Both the position numbers and the translations under genes were made by a program. 59,090 nucleotides of DNA from Candidatus Deferrimicrobiaceae bacterium (GTDB lineage: Bacteria > Desulfobacterota > Deferrimicrobia > Deferrimicrobiales > Deferrimicrobiaceae), in the NCBI GenBank assembly GCA_041633075.1, contig JBFKGZ010000002.1, positions 1 through 59,090 of the forward strand, in the 5' to 3' direction. Below are positions 9,802-21,426 of the stretch, in pieces. The notes below the pieces were generated by a model. It was not told the DNA's origin, did no database searches, and saw nothing but the letters and a program-made list of their open reading frames with translations. How positions within the stretch are numbered: the first letter of the stretch is position 1; each line of letters starts with the position of its first letter.

Positions 9802-11511
9802 TCATCCCGGTGCGTTTCCCTTCTTCTCCTCGTCGAGACGGCGGAATCCCTCCAGTATCAACTGCATCTCGTCCATATCGATCGTCCGCTTCTTGGTCGT
9901 CTGCCCGTGCGTAATCACGAACGCTCCCTCCTGCAAGCGCAACAGCCGGTAGAAGGCTTCCTCTCCTTCGAGCGTTTCGGTTTCGCAATGGGAAATGCGC
10001 CCGTTCGCGAAGTAGATCCGCCCCTCGTCGCGTTCCCCCGCCTTCAGGATCACGCATGCGGTCTTGAGGCCGAGGTGAAGCGTCTGGACGATATCGGGGA
10101 TTCCGAGGTTCTTGAGATCCCCGATGACGCCCTGGCTGGGTCCGGCCCCGACCCCCGTCTTCCTCCGCTTGTCCCGCCGGATGATGTTCCGGATCCGCGC
10201 GGCAAGCTCCTTCAGGTCCACCGGCTTGATCAGATAATCCTCCGCGCCCAGGTGAAGCGCCTCGACCTTCATGCTCGTCTCATCCTTCCCCGAGAGGAAC
10301 AACAGGGGCGTGTCCCCGGCCCCGGGGAGTTCGCGCATCTTACGGTACATCGCGATGCCGTCCATCTCCGGCATCACGACGTCGGCGATCACGAGGTCCA
10401 GTTGTCCCCTTTCCATGAGTGCCAGCGCCTCGGTGGACCTGTCCGTGACGACGACCTCGAACCCCTCGTTGACGAGCTTGAGCTTGAGGAGCGTCAGGTA
10501 ATCGACCTCGTCGTCGACCAGGAGGATTCTGGGCTTGGCCCCGACGCCGTGGAAGGAGAATTTCTGCTCCACCACGCGCGTGAAGATTTCGACAACCTCC
10601 GGGTCGAACTGGGTCCCCACGTTCCGGTGCAGCTCCTCGATGGCCTCCTCCTTCTGCAGGCTCTTGCGGTACGGCCGGTTGGCGATCATCGCCGCGTAGG
10701 CGTCGACCACGGACAGGATCCGCGCTCCCAGCGGAATCTCCCGCCCTTTCAGCCCCCCCGGGTATCCCTTCCCGTCGTACCTTTCGTGGTGATGCACGAT
10801 GATCGGCTTGATCTTCCACGGGAAGTTGATTGTGTCGAGGATCTTGGCTCCGTTCTCGCAATGGGATTTCACCGTGTTGTACTCGTCCTTGGAGATCTCC
10901 TTTTTCCCGGTGAGTATCTCGCTCCGGATGCCGACCCTGCCGATGTCGTGCAACAGGGACGCCACGACGATCTCGTCCACCATCTCCTTCGTCAGCTTCA
11001 TCTCCTCGGCGACGGCGCGGGCGTACTCCATCGTGATATGCGAGTTCCCTCCGAAAAACGGGTCGTTGATCTCCAGCAGCCCGACAAGGACATCGATCGT
11101 CTCGATGAGGCACTTCTTCAGATGCTCGTCGGTCACCGGCGGCGCCACCGGGGCCCTGTCCTCCCCCGCCGCCTCGAGGAGATCCAGGAGCTCGCGCTGG
11201 TCCAGGATGAAATCGGAGGACCCGAACCGCAGGACGTCGTCCGAACTCCGGATGATGTTGAAGGAGGAGAGGATGATCACCCGGGATTTCGGGGACAGAC
11301 GGAGGATGCGCCGCTTCAGCTCCACCCCGGAGATATCGGGGAGGAACTGCTCGCACAGGATGAAATCGGGGGAGGAGTTGGACACGATCTTGACGGCCTC
11401 CACGCCGGAGCCCGCGAGCGACACCCGGTAGCCCGCGTCGGTGAAGAGGTTTGCCAGCATGTCCCGGATGCTTGCCTCGTTGCTGATGGTCAGGATCGAT
11501 TTCTGCGTCAT
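9802..11511 (-). CDS. Multidomain response regulator: degenerate REC - HD-GYP phosphodiesterase - canonical REC - DUF4388/PATAN-like domain
   Basis: Contains HDIGRVGI and HHERYDGKGYPGG (HD-GYP). REC1 reads ILTISNE...DFILCEQ, with the acceptor Asp position occupied by Glu. REC2 reads LLVDDE...LVIADVVMPEMDG...LIKP. The C-terminus contains GDLKNLGIPDIVQTL. Confidence 0.85.
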   Translation of the reverse strand: MTQKSILTISNEASIRDMLANLFTDAGYRVSLAGSGVEAVKIVSNSSPDFILCEQFLPDISGVELKRRILRLSPKSRVIILSSFNIIRSSDDVLRFGSSDFILDQRELLDLLEAAGEDRAPVAPPVTDEHLKKCLIETIDVLVGLLEINDPFFGGNSHITMEYARAVAEEMKLTKEMVDEIVVASLLHDIGRVGIRSEILTGKKEISKDEYNTVKSHCENGAKILDTINFPWKIKPIIVHHHERYDGKGYPGGLKGREIPLGARILSVVDAYAAMIANRPYRKSLQKEEAIEELHRNVGTQFDPEVVEIFTRVVEQKFSFHGVGAKPRILLVDDEVDYLTLLKLKLVNEGFEVVVTDRSTEALALMERGQLDLVIADVVMPEMDGIAMYRKMRELPGAGDTPLLFLSGKDETSMKVEALHLGAEDYLIKPVDLKELAARIRNIIRRDKRRKTGVGAGPSQGVIGDLKNLGIPDIVQTLHLGLKTACVILKAGERDEGRIYFANGRISHCETETLEGEEAFYRLLRLQEGAFVITHGQTTKKRTIDMDEMQLILEGFRRLDEEKKGNAPG

Positions 11512-11515
11512 CCCT

Positions 11516-13066
11516 CTATACCGCCTTCGCCGCCTGCCGGATGTCCTCGCCGGTCATCTCGGCCGGCGCGGGTATCCCCAGCATCATGAGAATCGTGGGG
11601 GCGATATCCTCCAGCGCGCGGTCGCTTCGAAGCGTCATCCCCCTTCCTTGCGGATCGGCGAGGATCAGCGGGACGGGGTTGGTCGTATGGGCTGTGTGCG
11701 CGCCCCCCGTATCGGGATCGACCATCTGTTCGGCGTTGCCGTGGTCGGAGGTTACGATCGCCACGCCTCCCCCCTCCCATATTTTCTCCACGACGCGGCG
11801 AAGATTCTCGTCCACCGCTTCGATCGCCCGGATCGCCGCGGACAGGATCCCGGTGTGCCCCACCATGTCCCCGTTCGCAAAGTTCAGGATGAGCACGTCG
11901 TGCCTGCCCGAACCTATCTCGGCGGCCGCCCGTTCCGCGACTTCGTATGCACTCATCTCCGGCTGCAGGTCGTAGGTCGGAACCGAGGGGGACGGAACCA
12001 GGATCCGCGACTCCCCCGGAAACACCTTCTCCGCGCCCCCGTTGAAGAAGTAGGTCACGTGCGCGTATTTCTCGGTCTCCGCGATCCGGAGGTTCCGGAT
12101 ACCCCGGGAGGCGAAGACATCCGAGAGGAGATTGTTCCGGCACTGCGGCGGGAACGCGACCGGCAGGGAGAAGGTCTCATCGTACGAAGTCAGGCAGGCG
12201 AACGTGAGGCCAAGACGCTCGTGGCGGGGGAAGCGGTCGAAATCGTCCTGCGTGAGCGCACGGGTGAGCTGCCTGACGCGATCCGCCCGGAAATTGAAGA
12301 ACAGGACCGAATCCCCCTCGGAAATAGGCCCCACGGGCCGGCCGTCCTGCCGTATGACGACGGGCTCGATGAATTCGTCGGTCTTTCCCGCCTCGTACGA
12401 CCGGGATACAGCGGCGACGGGATCGGAGCTCTCTTTCCCCTCGCTGCGCACCATTGCCCGGAAAGCCCGTTCGATCCGGTCCCACCGGTTGTCCCGGTCC
12501 ATCGCGAAATATCGCCCCCCCAGCGTAGCCACCTTTCCCACGCCGATCTCTTCCATCTTCGCCAGAAGGTCGCGAAGATGCTGGATGCCGCTGGTCGGCG
12601 GGGTATCGCGCCCGTCGAAAAAGGGGTGGACGAACACGCGCGATAGCCCTCGATCCTTCGCCACTTCGAGAAGGGCATACAGGTGCGTGGGGAGCGAATG
12701 AACGCCGCCGTCGGAGAGAAGGCCGGCGAGGTGGAGCGCCTTTCCGTTTTCCCGGGCCGTGTCCATCGCATGGCAGATGACAGGGTTCCGCGCGAACTCA
12801 CCGTCCCGGATCGACTTCGTGATCCGGACGATGTCCTGGTAGACTACCCGGCCCGCCCCCAGGTTCAGGTGACCGACTTCCGAGTTTCCCATCTGACCGG
12901 CGGGAAGCCCGACGCGCTCCTCCGATGCGTGGATGAGCGTGTGGGGAAATTCCGCCCATAGACGGTCGAAAAACGGCGTGTTGGCCAGGGCTACGGCGTT
13001 GGCCTCGGCCTCTTTTCGGTATCCCCACCCGTCCAGCACGACGAGAGCGACGAACGGCTTCTTCAT
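11516..13066 (-). CDS. gpmI: 2,3-bisphosphoglycerate-independent phosphoglycerate mutase
   Basis: 516 aa. LVVLDGWG, MGNSEVGHLNLGAGR and SDHGNAE are characteristic motifs. Confidence 0.95.
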   Translation of the reverse strand: MKKPFVALVVLDGWGYRKEAEANAVALANTPFFDRLWAEFPHTLIHASEERVGLPAGQMGNSEVGHLNLGAGRVVYQDIVRITKSIRDGEFARNPVICHAMDTARENGKALHLAGLLSDGGVHSLPTHLYALLEVAKDRGLSRVFVHPFFDGRDTPPTSGIQHLRDLLAKMEEIGVGKVATLGGRYFAMDRDNRWDRIERAFRAMVRSEGKESSDPVAAVSRSYEAGKTDEFIEPVVIRQDGRPVGPISEGDSVLFFNFRADRVRQLTRALTQDDFDRFPRHERLGLTFACLTSYDETFSLPVAFPPQCRNNLLSDVFASRGIRNLRIAETEKYAHVTYFFNGGAEKVFPGESRILVPSPSVPTYDLQPEMSAYEVAERAAAEIGSGRHDVLILNFANGDMVGHTGILSAAIRAIEAVDENLRRVVEKIWEGGGVAIVTSDHGNAEQMVDPDTGGAHTAHTTNPVPLILADPQGRGMTLRSDRALEDIAPTILMMLGIPAPAEMTGEDIRQAAKAV

Positions 13067-13067
13067 A

Positions 13068-14378
<1,311 letters not shown>

Positions 14379-14837
14379 TCACGGATGAACAAACTGCTTC
14401 CCTCCCCGTCGGACGCTCAATACGGGGCAGGGGGCCATGCGGACAACCTTTTCCGCCGTGCTGCCGAAGATCACGTGTTCCACCCCCGTACGGCCATGCG
14501 TCCCGATCACGATGAGATCCACCGCGACTTCCCGAGCCTTTCCGATAATTTCCCTGTATGGTATCCCCGTGGCGAGCAACGTGTCAAAATTCCCGAACCC
14601 GGAGAAGTGGCGCGCGAGGTACGCACCCATGTTCTCCCGGGCGAATTCCTCCATCCGGCTCCGAAGCGTTTCGAGCGGAACTTCCCCGCGGAACATCGGG
14701 TCGAGAGTCGCCGGTTCGTCGAGCACATGGAGCACCACGACGAGCGATCCGAACCGTTCCGCAAGGAACCTCGCCGCTTCGGCTGCCTCTGCCGAACACT
14801 GGGAGAAGTCCGTGGGCAGAAGGATTTTCGTGAACAT
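14379..14837 (-). CDS. Universal stress protein (UspA family)
   Basis: MFTKILLPTDFS ... GTHGRTG..H.IFGSTAEKV. The start at 14837 has GGAGGGAGC upstream. Confidence 0.85.
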   Translation of the reverse strand: MFTKILLPTDFSQCSAEAAEAARFLAERFGSLVVVLHVLDEPATLDPMFRGEVPLETLRSRMEEFARENMGAYLARHFSGFGNFDTLLATGIPYREIIGKAREVAVDLIVIGTHGRTGVEHVIFGSTAEKVVRMAPCPVLSVRRGGKQFVHP

Positions 14838-14851
14838 GCTCCCTCCGGCAG

Positions 14852-14888
14852 AAAAAAACCCCCGGCCGAGCACGGGGCCGGCCGGGGG
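14852..14888 (-). terminator. Rho-independent terminator after the HU gene
   Basis: On the minus strand a GC-rich stem (CCCCCGGCCGGCCCCGTGCTCGGCCGGGGG) is followed by TTTTTTT. Confidence 0.7.
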
Positions 14889-14915
14889 TCGCTGATCACC
14901 GCTGCCTGCAGGTCT

Positions 14916-15200
14916 CTATCGTTTCTTTCCTCCGACCGCTTCCTTGAGAGACTTGCCGGCCGTAAACTTGGGGACCTTCGTCGCCTTGATCCTGATCTGC
15001 GCACCGGTCTGCGGGTTCCGTCCCATCCTGGCTTTCCGGTTGCTCACGCTGAACGTCCCGAATCCCGTCAGGGCAAGCTTGTTCCCCTTCTTCAGGGCGC
15101 CCGTGACAGCGCCGGTGAACGCGTTGAGCGCCCCCTCCGCCTTGCCTTTCGGAATGCCCGCCTTTTTCGCCATGAACCCAACAAGTTCCGCCTTCGTCAT
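14916..15200 (-). CDS. hup: HU family DNA-binding protein
   Basis: 94 aa. MTKAELV...GFGTFSV..R.AR.GRNPQTG is the HU/IHF signature. Confidence 0.95.
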   Translation of the reverse strand: MTKAELVGFMAKKAGIPKGKAEGALNAFTGAVTGALKKGNKLALTGFGTFSVSNRKARMGRNPQTGAQIRIKATKVPKFTAGKSLKEAVGGKKR

Positions 15201-15378
15201 CGCAATCCCTCCTGTCAGTTTGGGGTAAGGTTATGGATCCCCGAATGCAAGGAAACTGGGTTATCGGCCAATGTCGTAAATTGTATCTCATTGAATGATG
15301 AAGGGCCAGGAAGTGTCAAGGCATTTTTCCCGACTGCACCCTCCCGCCGGGCCTTTGTTTCCGGGCGTTCCGGAAGGA

Positions 15379-16011
15379 TCAAACGATCATGGACCTCCGC
15401 GCGGCGTTGCGCGGCAGGAGCAGTTTCAGCAGAAGCATGCCCGCGAGAAATCCGCCGATGTGGGCCCACCACGCCACCCCGCCCGTGAGAGCAGACACCT
15501 GGCCGATCGTCGCCGCGCCGCTTAAGAACTGAATGAGAAACCAGACCCCCAGGAAGAAGAATGCCGGGATCTCCACCAGGGGGAAAAAGAAGAACAGCGG
15601 CACCAGTGTCAGGATCCGTGCCCGGGGGAAAAGCAGAAAATATGCCCCGAGCACGCCCGCGATTGCCCCGGAGGCCCCGACGTTGGGAACCATGGAATTC
15701 GACTGGAACACGATCTGGGCAAGGAAGGAGAGGACGCCGCACGTCAGATAGAACAGCAGAAACCGGCCCCGTCCCAGCTTGTCCTCCACGTTGTTCCCGA
15801 AAATGTAGAGATAGAGCATGTTTCCGAGCAGGTGTCCCCACCCGCCGTGAAGGAACATGGCCGACAGGGGCGTCATCAGCTCCCGGGGATCCCGGGGGAA
15901 TATATGCACGAATCGGAACGGAATGACCCCGTAGGTATACGCGAAATCCGCCATCCGCTCGCTCAGGCTCAGCTGGTAGAAAAAGACGGCGAAGTTCAGG
16001 GCGATCAGCAC
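15379..16011 (-). CDS. Rhomboid family intramembrane serine protease
   Basis: Contains HGGWGHLLGNM and the GASGAI catalytic Ser motif, with multiple TM helices. The true N-terminus is probably up to 27 codons further upstream (to 16092), but no ATG/GTG/TTG exists there. Confidence 0.85.
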   Translation of the reverse strand: MLIALNFAVFFYQLSLSERMADFAYTYGVIPFRFVHIFPRDPRELMTPLSAMFLHGGWGHLLGNMLYLYIFGNNVEDKLGRGRFLLFYLTCGVLSFLAQIVFQSNSMVPNVGASGAIAGVLGAYFLLFPRARILTLVPLFFFFPLVEIPAFFFLGVWFLIQFLSGAATIGQVSALTGGVAWWAHIGGFLAGMLLLKLLLPRNAARRSMIV

Positions 16012-16156
16012 GTAATTGACATACGGCGTTCGGAAGGAAGGGGTCGTATCCTTCAGGGGTATGATGGGAACGCTCCTCGTCGGGGAAATGTCTTATTATG
16101 GTAGCGGGAGCAACGGAAATTGAAAAGCGGACAGGATGGTCGGATAATATTTAGTT

Positions 16157-17062
16157 ATGCCCAGCGACCGGTTGCTGAGAAACTGCATCGCACTCTCTCT
16201 CCTGCTTCACCTGACCTTCATGGTGCTGGCATCGATGATCCGCTGGACGCCGCATCGGGCCGAGAACGTGATGGTCGTGGATCTGGCCGACCTGCCGCGC
16301 TCGACCGAGTTTCTCCGCCCCCAGCCGGGAATCGTGGAGGGTGCCCGCCCAAAGCCTCCGCCGCCTCCCCCCAAACCGGCCCGGGAAGAGAAGCCGCGCG
16401 TTCCCACCCCTCGGGAACTCGTGGGCCGCGTCCCCGACCTGCCCGTTGACCCCGATCTTCCGCCCGAGAAGGAGTTTCCCGTCCCGCAGCCTCCCGACAA
16501 GGTGGCCCGTGCGGAAGAGGCGAAGCCCCCCCGGGAAGCTCCTCCTCCGCCCCCATCGGCGACGCCCAAATCCCTCCGGGAGATAACCCCCTCCTTGGGG
16601 CAGATGGTCATGGCAAAGGCAACGACGCAGGCGGGACGGGGAGAGGAGACGTCCTCCGGGAGCGCAGTGGGAACGAGCGGGAAAGCCGTGGAGGAAGGAG
16701 CGATCTCCGAGGAGGGAGGGGGCGGCGCGCACCTCACCGCACTGAACGCCCCGGAAATCCAGTACATCTCCTATTTCGCCAGCATCAAACGGAAGATCGA
16801 GCTCGTCTGGCAGTATCCGCAGGATGCCGCGAATGCGGGGATACAGGGGGAATTGACCGTCGATTTCATCGTCGGGCGGGACGGGAGCCTGGAATCCCTG
16901 CAGCTCCTGCAGGGGTCCGGACACAAGATCCTGGACGACGAGGCGCTCGGATCGATCCGCATAGCGGCGCCCTACAACCCGATCCCCGAGAATTACTCGA
17001 TCCCGAACCTGCGCATTCGCGCCCACTTCATCTACGAAATGCACACGCTCAAGATCCGGTAG
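16157..17062 (+). CDS. TonB family energy-transducer protein
   Basis: N-terminal TM helix, a Pro-rich spacer (PKPPPPPPKP...), and a C-terminal TonB_C-like YPQDAANAGIQGELTVDFIV..DG region. Confidence 0.85.
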   Translation: MPSDRLLRNCIALSLLLHLTFMVLASMIRWTPHRAENVMVVDLADLPRSTEFLRPQPGIVEGARPKPPPPPPKPAREEKPRVPTPRELVGRVPDLPVDPDLPPEKEFPVPQPPDKVARAEEAKPPREAPPPPPSATPKSLREITPSLGQMVMAKATTQAGRGEETSSGSAVGTSGKAVEEGAISEEGGGGAHLTALNAPEIQYISYFASIKRKIELVWQYPQDAANAGIQGELTVDFIVGRDGSLESLQLLQGSGHKILDDEALGSIRIAAPYNPIPENYSIPNLRIRAHFIYEMHTLKIR

Positions 17063-17070
17063 GAGGCCGC

Positions 17071-17469
17071 CTACTCCTCCCGCGGGAAAGACCGGTCGTA
17101 CTCCTGGCCGGTCAGGAGGGAGGCCAGTTCCGCGGGATCCGATGGTCGGATCTCGAGCAGCCACCCCCCTTCGAACGGGTCGGCGGTGATCTTCTCGGGC
17201 GCCCCTTCCACCAGGGGGTTGACGTTGACAACGATCCCCGAAACCGGTGCCACGACCTCGCAGACCGCAAGCGAGGACTCGACCAATCCGACCGGCTCGC
17301 CTGCCCGAACGTCGGTTCCCGGCGGCGGGAGCTCGGCGAAGACGACGTCCCCCAGGAAAGAGCACGGCACGTGGGTGAACCCCACACGGATGTCCTTATT
17401 GTTCTCGGAACGCGCCCACATGTGGGTGTGAGCGTATCTGCGGTCGTCAGGGACGGGCAGGGGACACAC
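17071..17469 (-). CDS. Glycine-cleavage H-protein homologue lacking the lipoyl-lysine (K to L)
   Basis: It aligns end to end with GcvH (HMW..., [21 protein letters not shown]). The lipoylation motif ESVKA reads ESSLA, with the Leu codon at 17269-17271. The start overlaps the folD 3' end by 23 nt. Confidence 0.85.
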   Translation of the reverse strand: MCPLPVPDDRRYAHTHMWARSENNKDIRVGFTHVPCSFLGDVVFAELPPPGTDVRAGEPVGLVESSLAVCEVVAPVSGIVVNVNPLVEGAPEKITADPFEGGWLLEIRPSDPAELASLLTGQEYDRSFPREE

Positions 17470-18325
17470 CGCCGCGGGCCTGCCGGGCCGCCGCCTCCAG
17501 GGTGTTGTGAAGAAGCATCGTGATCGTCATCGGGCCGACCCCGCCGGGCACCGGGGTGATCTTTCCGGCGACTTCCTTCGCTTCCTCGAACGCGACATCC
17601 CCGACCAGTCTTCCGTCGGGAAGCCGGTTGATCCCGACGTCGATCACCACGGCACCGGGCGAAAGCCAGTCCCCCCGAACCATCTCCGCCTTCCCGACCG
17701 CCGCCACCACGACGTCCGCCGATCGAACCACGGCGGGGAGATCCATCGTGCGGGAATGGCAGACGGTCACCGTGGCGTGCCTCGCGAGCAGGAGGAGCGC
17801 AACGGGCTTGCCGACGATGTTGCTCCTCCCGACCACGACCGCATGTTTTCCCTTAAGGGACACGGATTCGTGGTCAAGCATCTTCATGATCCCGAGGGGG
17901 GTGCACGGGACGAAGCACGATCCCCCCGAAAGGAGCCGCCCGGCATTTACGGGGTGGAACCCGTCCACATCCTTGTCCGGCGAGATCGCCTCGATTACGC
18001 GGGATTCGTTGATATGGTCGGGAAGAGGAAGCTGGACGAGAATTCCGTGGACTGCGGGGTCCGCGTTCAGTTTGGCGACAAGGGCGAGAAGATCGTTTTC
18101 GGGGAGCGTGGCGGGCAGATCGATCTGTTGGGAGAGCATGCCGGCCTCGTGGCAGGCCTTTCCCTTGTTCCGGACGTATATGCGGGAGGCCGGGTCATCC
18201 CCCACCAGCACCGTCACAAGATTCGGCTTGATTCCCGTCCGGGCGGAAAATTCCCCCACCCTGTCCTTGATCTCTGCCCGGACGGCCGCTCCAATCGCTT
18301 TCCCATCGATAAGCTGCGCCGGCAT
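17447..18325 (-). CDS. folD: Bifunctional methylenetetrahydrofolate dehydrogenase/cyclohydrolase
   Basis: 292 aa. Contains [20 protein letters not shown] and [11 protein letters not shown]. Confidence 0.96.
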   Translation of the reverse strand: MPAQLIDGKAIGAAVRAEIKDRVGEFSARTGIKPNLVTVLVGDDPASRIYVRNKGKACHEAGMLSQQIDLPATLPENDLLALVAKLNADPAVHGILVQLPLPDHINESRVIEAISPDKDVDGFHPVNAGRLLSGGSCFVPCTPLGIMKMLDHESVSLKGKHAVVVGRSNIVGKPVALLLLARHATVTVCHSRTMDLPAVVRSADVVVAAVGKAEMVRGDWLSPGAVVIDVGINRLPDGRLVGDVAFEEAKEVAGKITPVPGGVGPMTITMLLHNTLEAAARQARGGVSPARP

Positions 18326-18355
18326 TTCCGAAGTCCTCTCCTGGAAACTACGAAT

Positions 18356-18652
18356 CTAATCGGCCTTCGGGCACCCTGCACAGGCCGGCGCGGCGGACTC
18401 GCCGGCCACGGGGCACTCCGGTCTCTTCTCCTCGCCCTTCCCGCGGGCGGCACCCTTCCCGTTTCCGATTCCCTTGTTGGTGTAGTCGGTCGCATACCAG
18501 CCGGTACCCTTGAGGACAAAGGCTCCGGGAGACATCAGCTTCTCGAGTTTTCCCCCGCAGGAGGAGCACTTCCGCAGGGGCGGGTCCTGAAACTTCTGGA
18601 TCGCTTCCTTCACCTCGTGGCATTTCCTGCACTGATACTCGTAAATCGGCAC
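18356..18652 (-). CDS. FmdB-family zinc-ribbon protein
   Basis: MPIYEYQCRKCH...CSSCGG is the CxxC-CxxC_SSSS type. Confidence 0.85.
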   Translation of the reverse strand: MPIYEYQCRKCHEVKEAIQKFQDPPLRKCSSCGGKLEKLMSPGAFVLKGTGWYATDYTNKGIGNGKGAARGKGEEKRPECPVAGESAAPACAGCPKAD

Positions 18653-18667
18653 GTTCGTGTCTCCTTC

Positions 18668-18697
18668 AAAAAAGGGGGCCGGTCGCCCGGCCCCCCT
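18668..18697 (-). terminator. Rho-independent terminator after groEL
   Basis: On the minus strand GGGGGCCGG-GCGA-CCGGCCCCC is followed by TTTTTT. Confidence 0.7.
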
Positions 18698-18742
18698 GCT
18701 CGATTGACAAATCTGATTATACCTTTTTTTTCACATCACGTC

Positions 18743-20398
<1,656 letters not shown>

Positions 20399-20411
20399 CT
20401 AATTTCGCAGG

Positions 20412-20705
20412 TTATTTCTTCTGGATGACCGCAAGGACGTCTTCTTCGCGAAGGATCAGGTGCTCTTCCCCCTCGATCTTGATGTCCGTCCCGGAATACT
20501 TGCCGAAAAGAATGCGGTCTCCCGCCTTGACCTCGGGAGCCACGCGGTTGCCGCTGTCGGTCACCTTGCCGGGACCCACCGCCACCACGAGGCCCTCTTG
20601 AGGCTTCTCCTTTGCGGAGTCGGGGATGATGATCCCTCCCTTGGTCTTCGCCTCCTCCTCGACGCGCTTGAGCAGAATTCTGTCCTGCAACGGCCTGACC
20701 TTCAT
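20412..20705 (-). CDS. groS: Co-chaperonin GroES
   Basis: [14 protein letters not shown]... with GGAGGAGG upstream of the ATG at 20705. The ORF-track extension to 20762 is rejected. Confidence 0.96.
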   Translation of the reverse strand: MKVRPLQDRILLKRVEEEAKTKGGIIIPDSAKEKPQEGLVVAVGPGKVTDSGNRVAPEVKAGDRILFGKYSGTDIKIEGEEHLILREEDVLAVIQKK

Positions 20706-20754
20706 GGTACCTCCTCCTTCTTGATGAATCTTATGGGGTAGTTGCCTTGCGGCG

Positions 20755-20781
20755 GTTAGCACTCATCGTCGATGAGTGCTA
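20755..20781. promoter_or_regulatory. CIRCE operator (HrcA binding site)
   Basis: TTAGCACTC-N9-GAGTGCTAG. Apart from the last base it matches the consensus TTAGCACTC-N9-GAGTGCTAA. It sits between the promoter and groES. Confidence 0.9.
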
Positions 20782-20786
20782 GCAGA

Positions 20787-20816
20787 AACTATACTGCCCG
20801 GGGGGATTGGATGTCA
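20787..20816 (-). promoter_or_regulatory. Sigma-70-type promoter of groESL
   Basis: On the minus strand TTGACA-N18-TATAGT lies directly upstream of CIRCE. Confidence 0.6.
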
Positions 20817-20861
20817 AGAGGGAAAACGAAGAAAACCAGAAATCCTTTATTTAGCCGGCAG

Positions 20862-21134
20862 TTACAGCTTTTTCTTTCCCATTTCCTCCTCGAAGTATTT
20901 GCGGTACAGAATATCCCACTCCCTCCCTCCTTCGGGGACACGGCGGGAGAGTTTCGCAATCTTCTGCCGGACGAAGGTGTCGACCTCGTCCTCGGTCCGC
21001 ACATAGTGGCCGAAGATCCGCTTCGCCTCGCGAAGCGCCTGCGCCTCGTCGGGGAAATCGGCGATGTCGTCCTTGTACAGCCGGTCGAGCACGAGGTGCG
21101 ACAGATGGGAAATACGGTCCTCGCTCAAGCGCAT
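20862..21134 (-). CDS. DUF507 family protein
   Basis: 90 aa. MRLSEDRISHLSHLVLDRL... is recognised from memory as DUF507-like. Confidence 0.65.
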   Translation of the reverse strand: MRLSEDRISHLSHLVLDRLYKDDIADFPDEAQALREAKRIFGHYVRTEDEVDTFVRQKIAKLSRRVPEGGREWDILYRKYFEEEMGKKKL

Positions 21135-21144
21135 ACGACCCTCC

Positions 21145-21426
21145 TTACAGTACGATCTTACGCTCCCGGGCGAGGCGCTCCTTGATCTTCTGGAACATGA
21201 GGTGGGAACTGGCCTGCGAGCGCGCCAACTCCCCGGAGTGCTTATCGAGAATTCTGTTGACCTCCCGGTCGAGCTCCTCTTCGCGCCCGAAATCCGCCAT
21301 CACCTCGCCGACCATCTTTTCCAGGAGCACGTCGTCGTCGGCTTTCGGCCGGATCAACCCCTTCTCCTTCCAGCGGGTGAGGACGGTCCGGCAGATCCGG
21401 CGGATGTACTCCTCCTTGACCTTCAT
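21145..21426 (-). CDS. DUF507 family protein (paralogue)
   Basis: 93 aa from MKVKEEYIRRICRTVL...KGLI. An ATGA start/stop overlap links it to the upstream phosphorylase gene. Confidence 0.65.
   Translation of the reverse strand: MKVKEEYIRRICRTVLTRWKEKGLIRPKADDDVLLEKMVGEVMADFGREEELDREVNRILDKHSGELARSQASSHLMFQKIKERLARERKIVL

Noticed and set aside
18703-18716. TTGACA and (minus-strand) TATAAT hexamers between groEL and the FmdB-like gene
   Set aside because: The two hexamers are on different strands and only 8 nt apart. A minus-strand promoter here would fire straight into the groEL terminator. I treated the match as chance.
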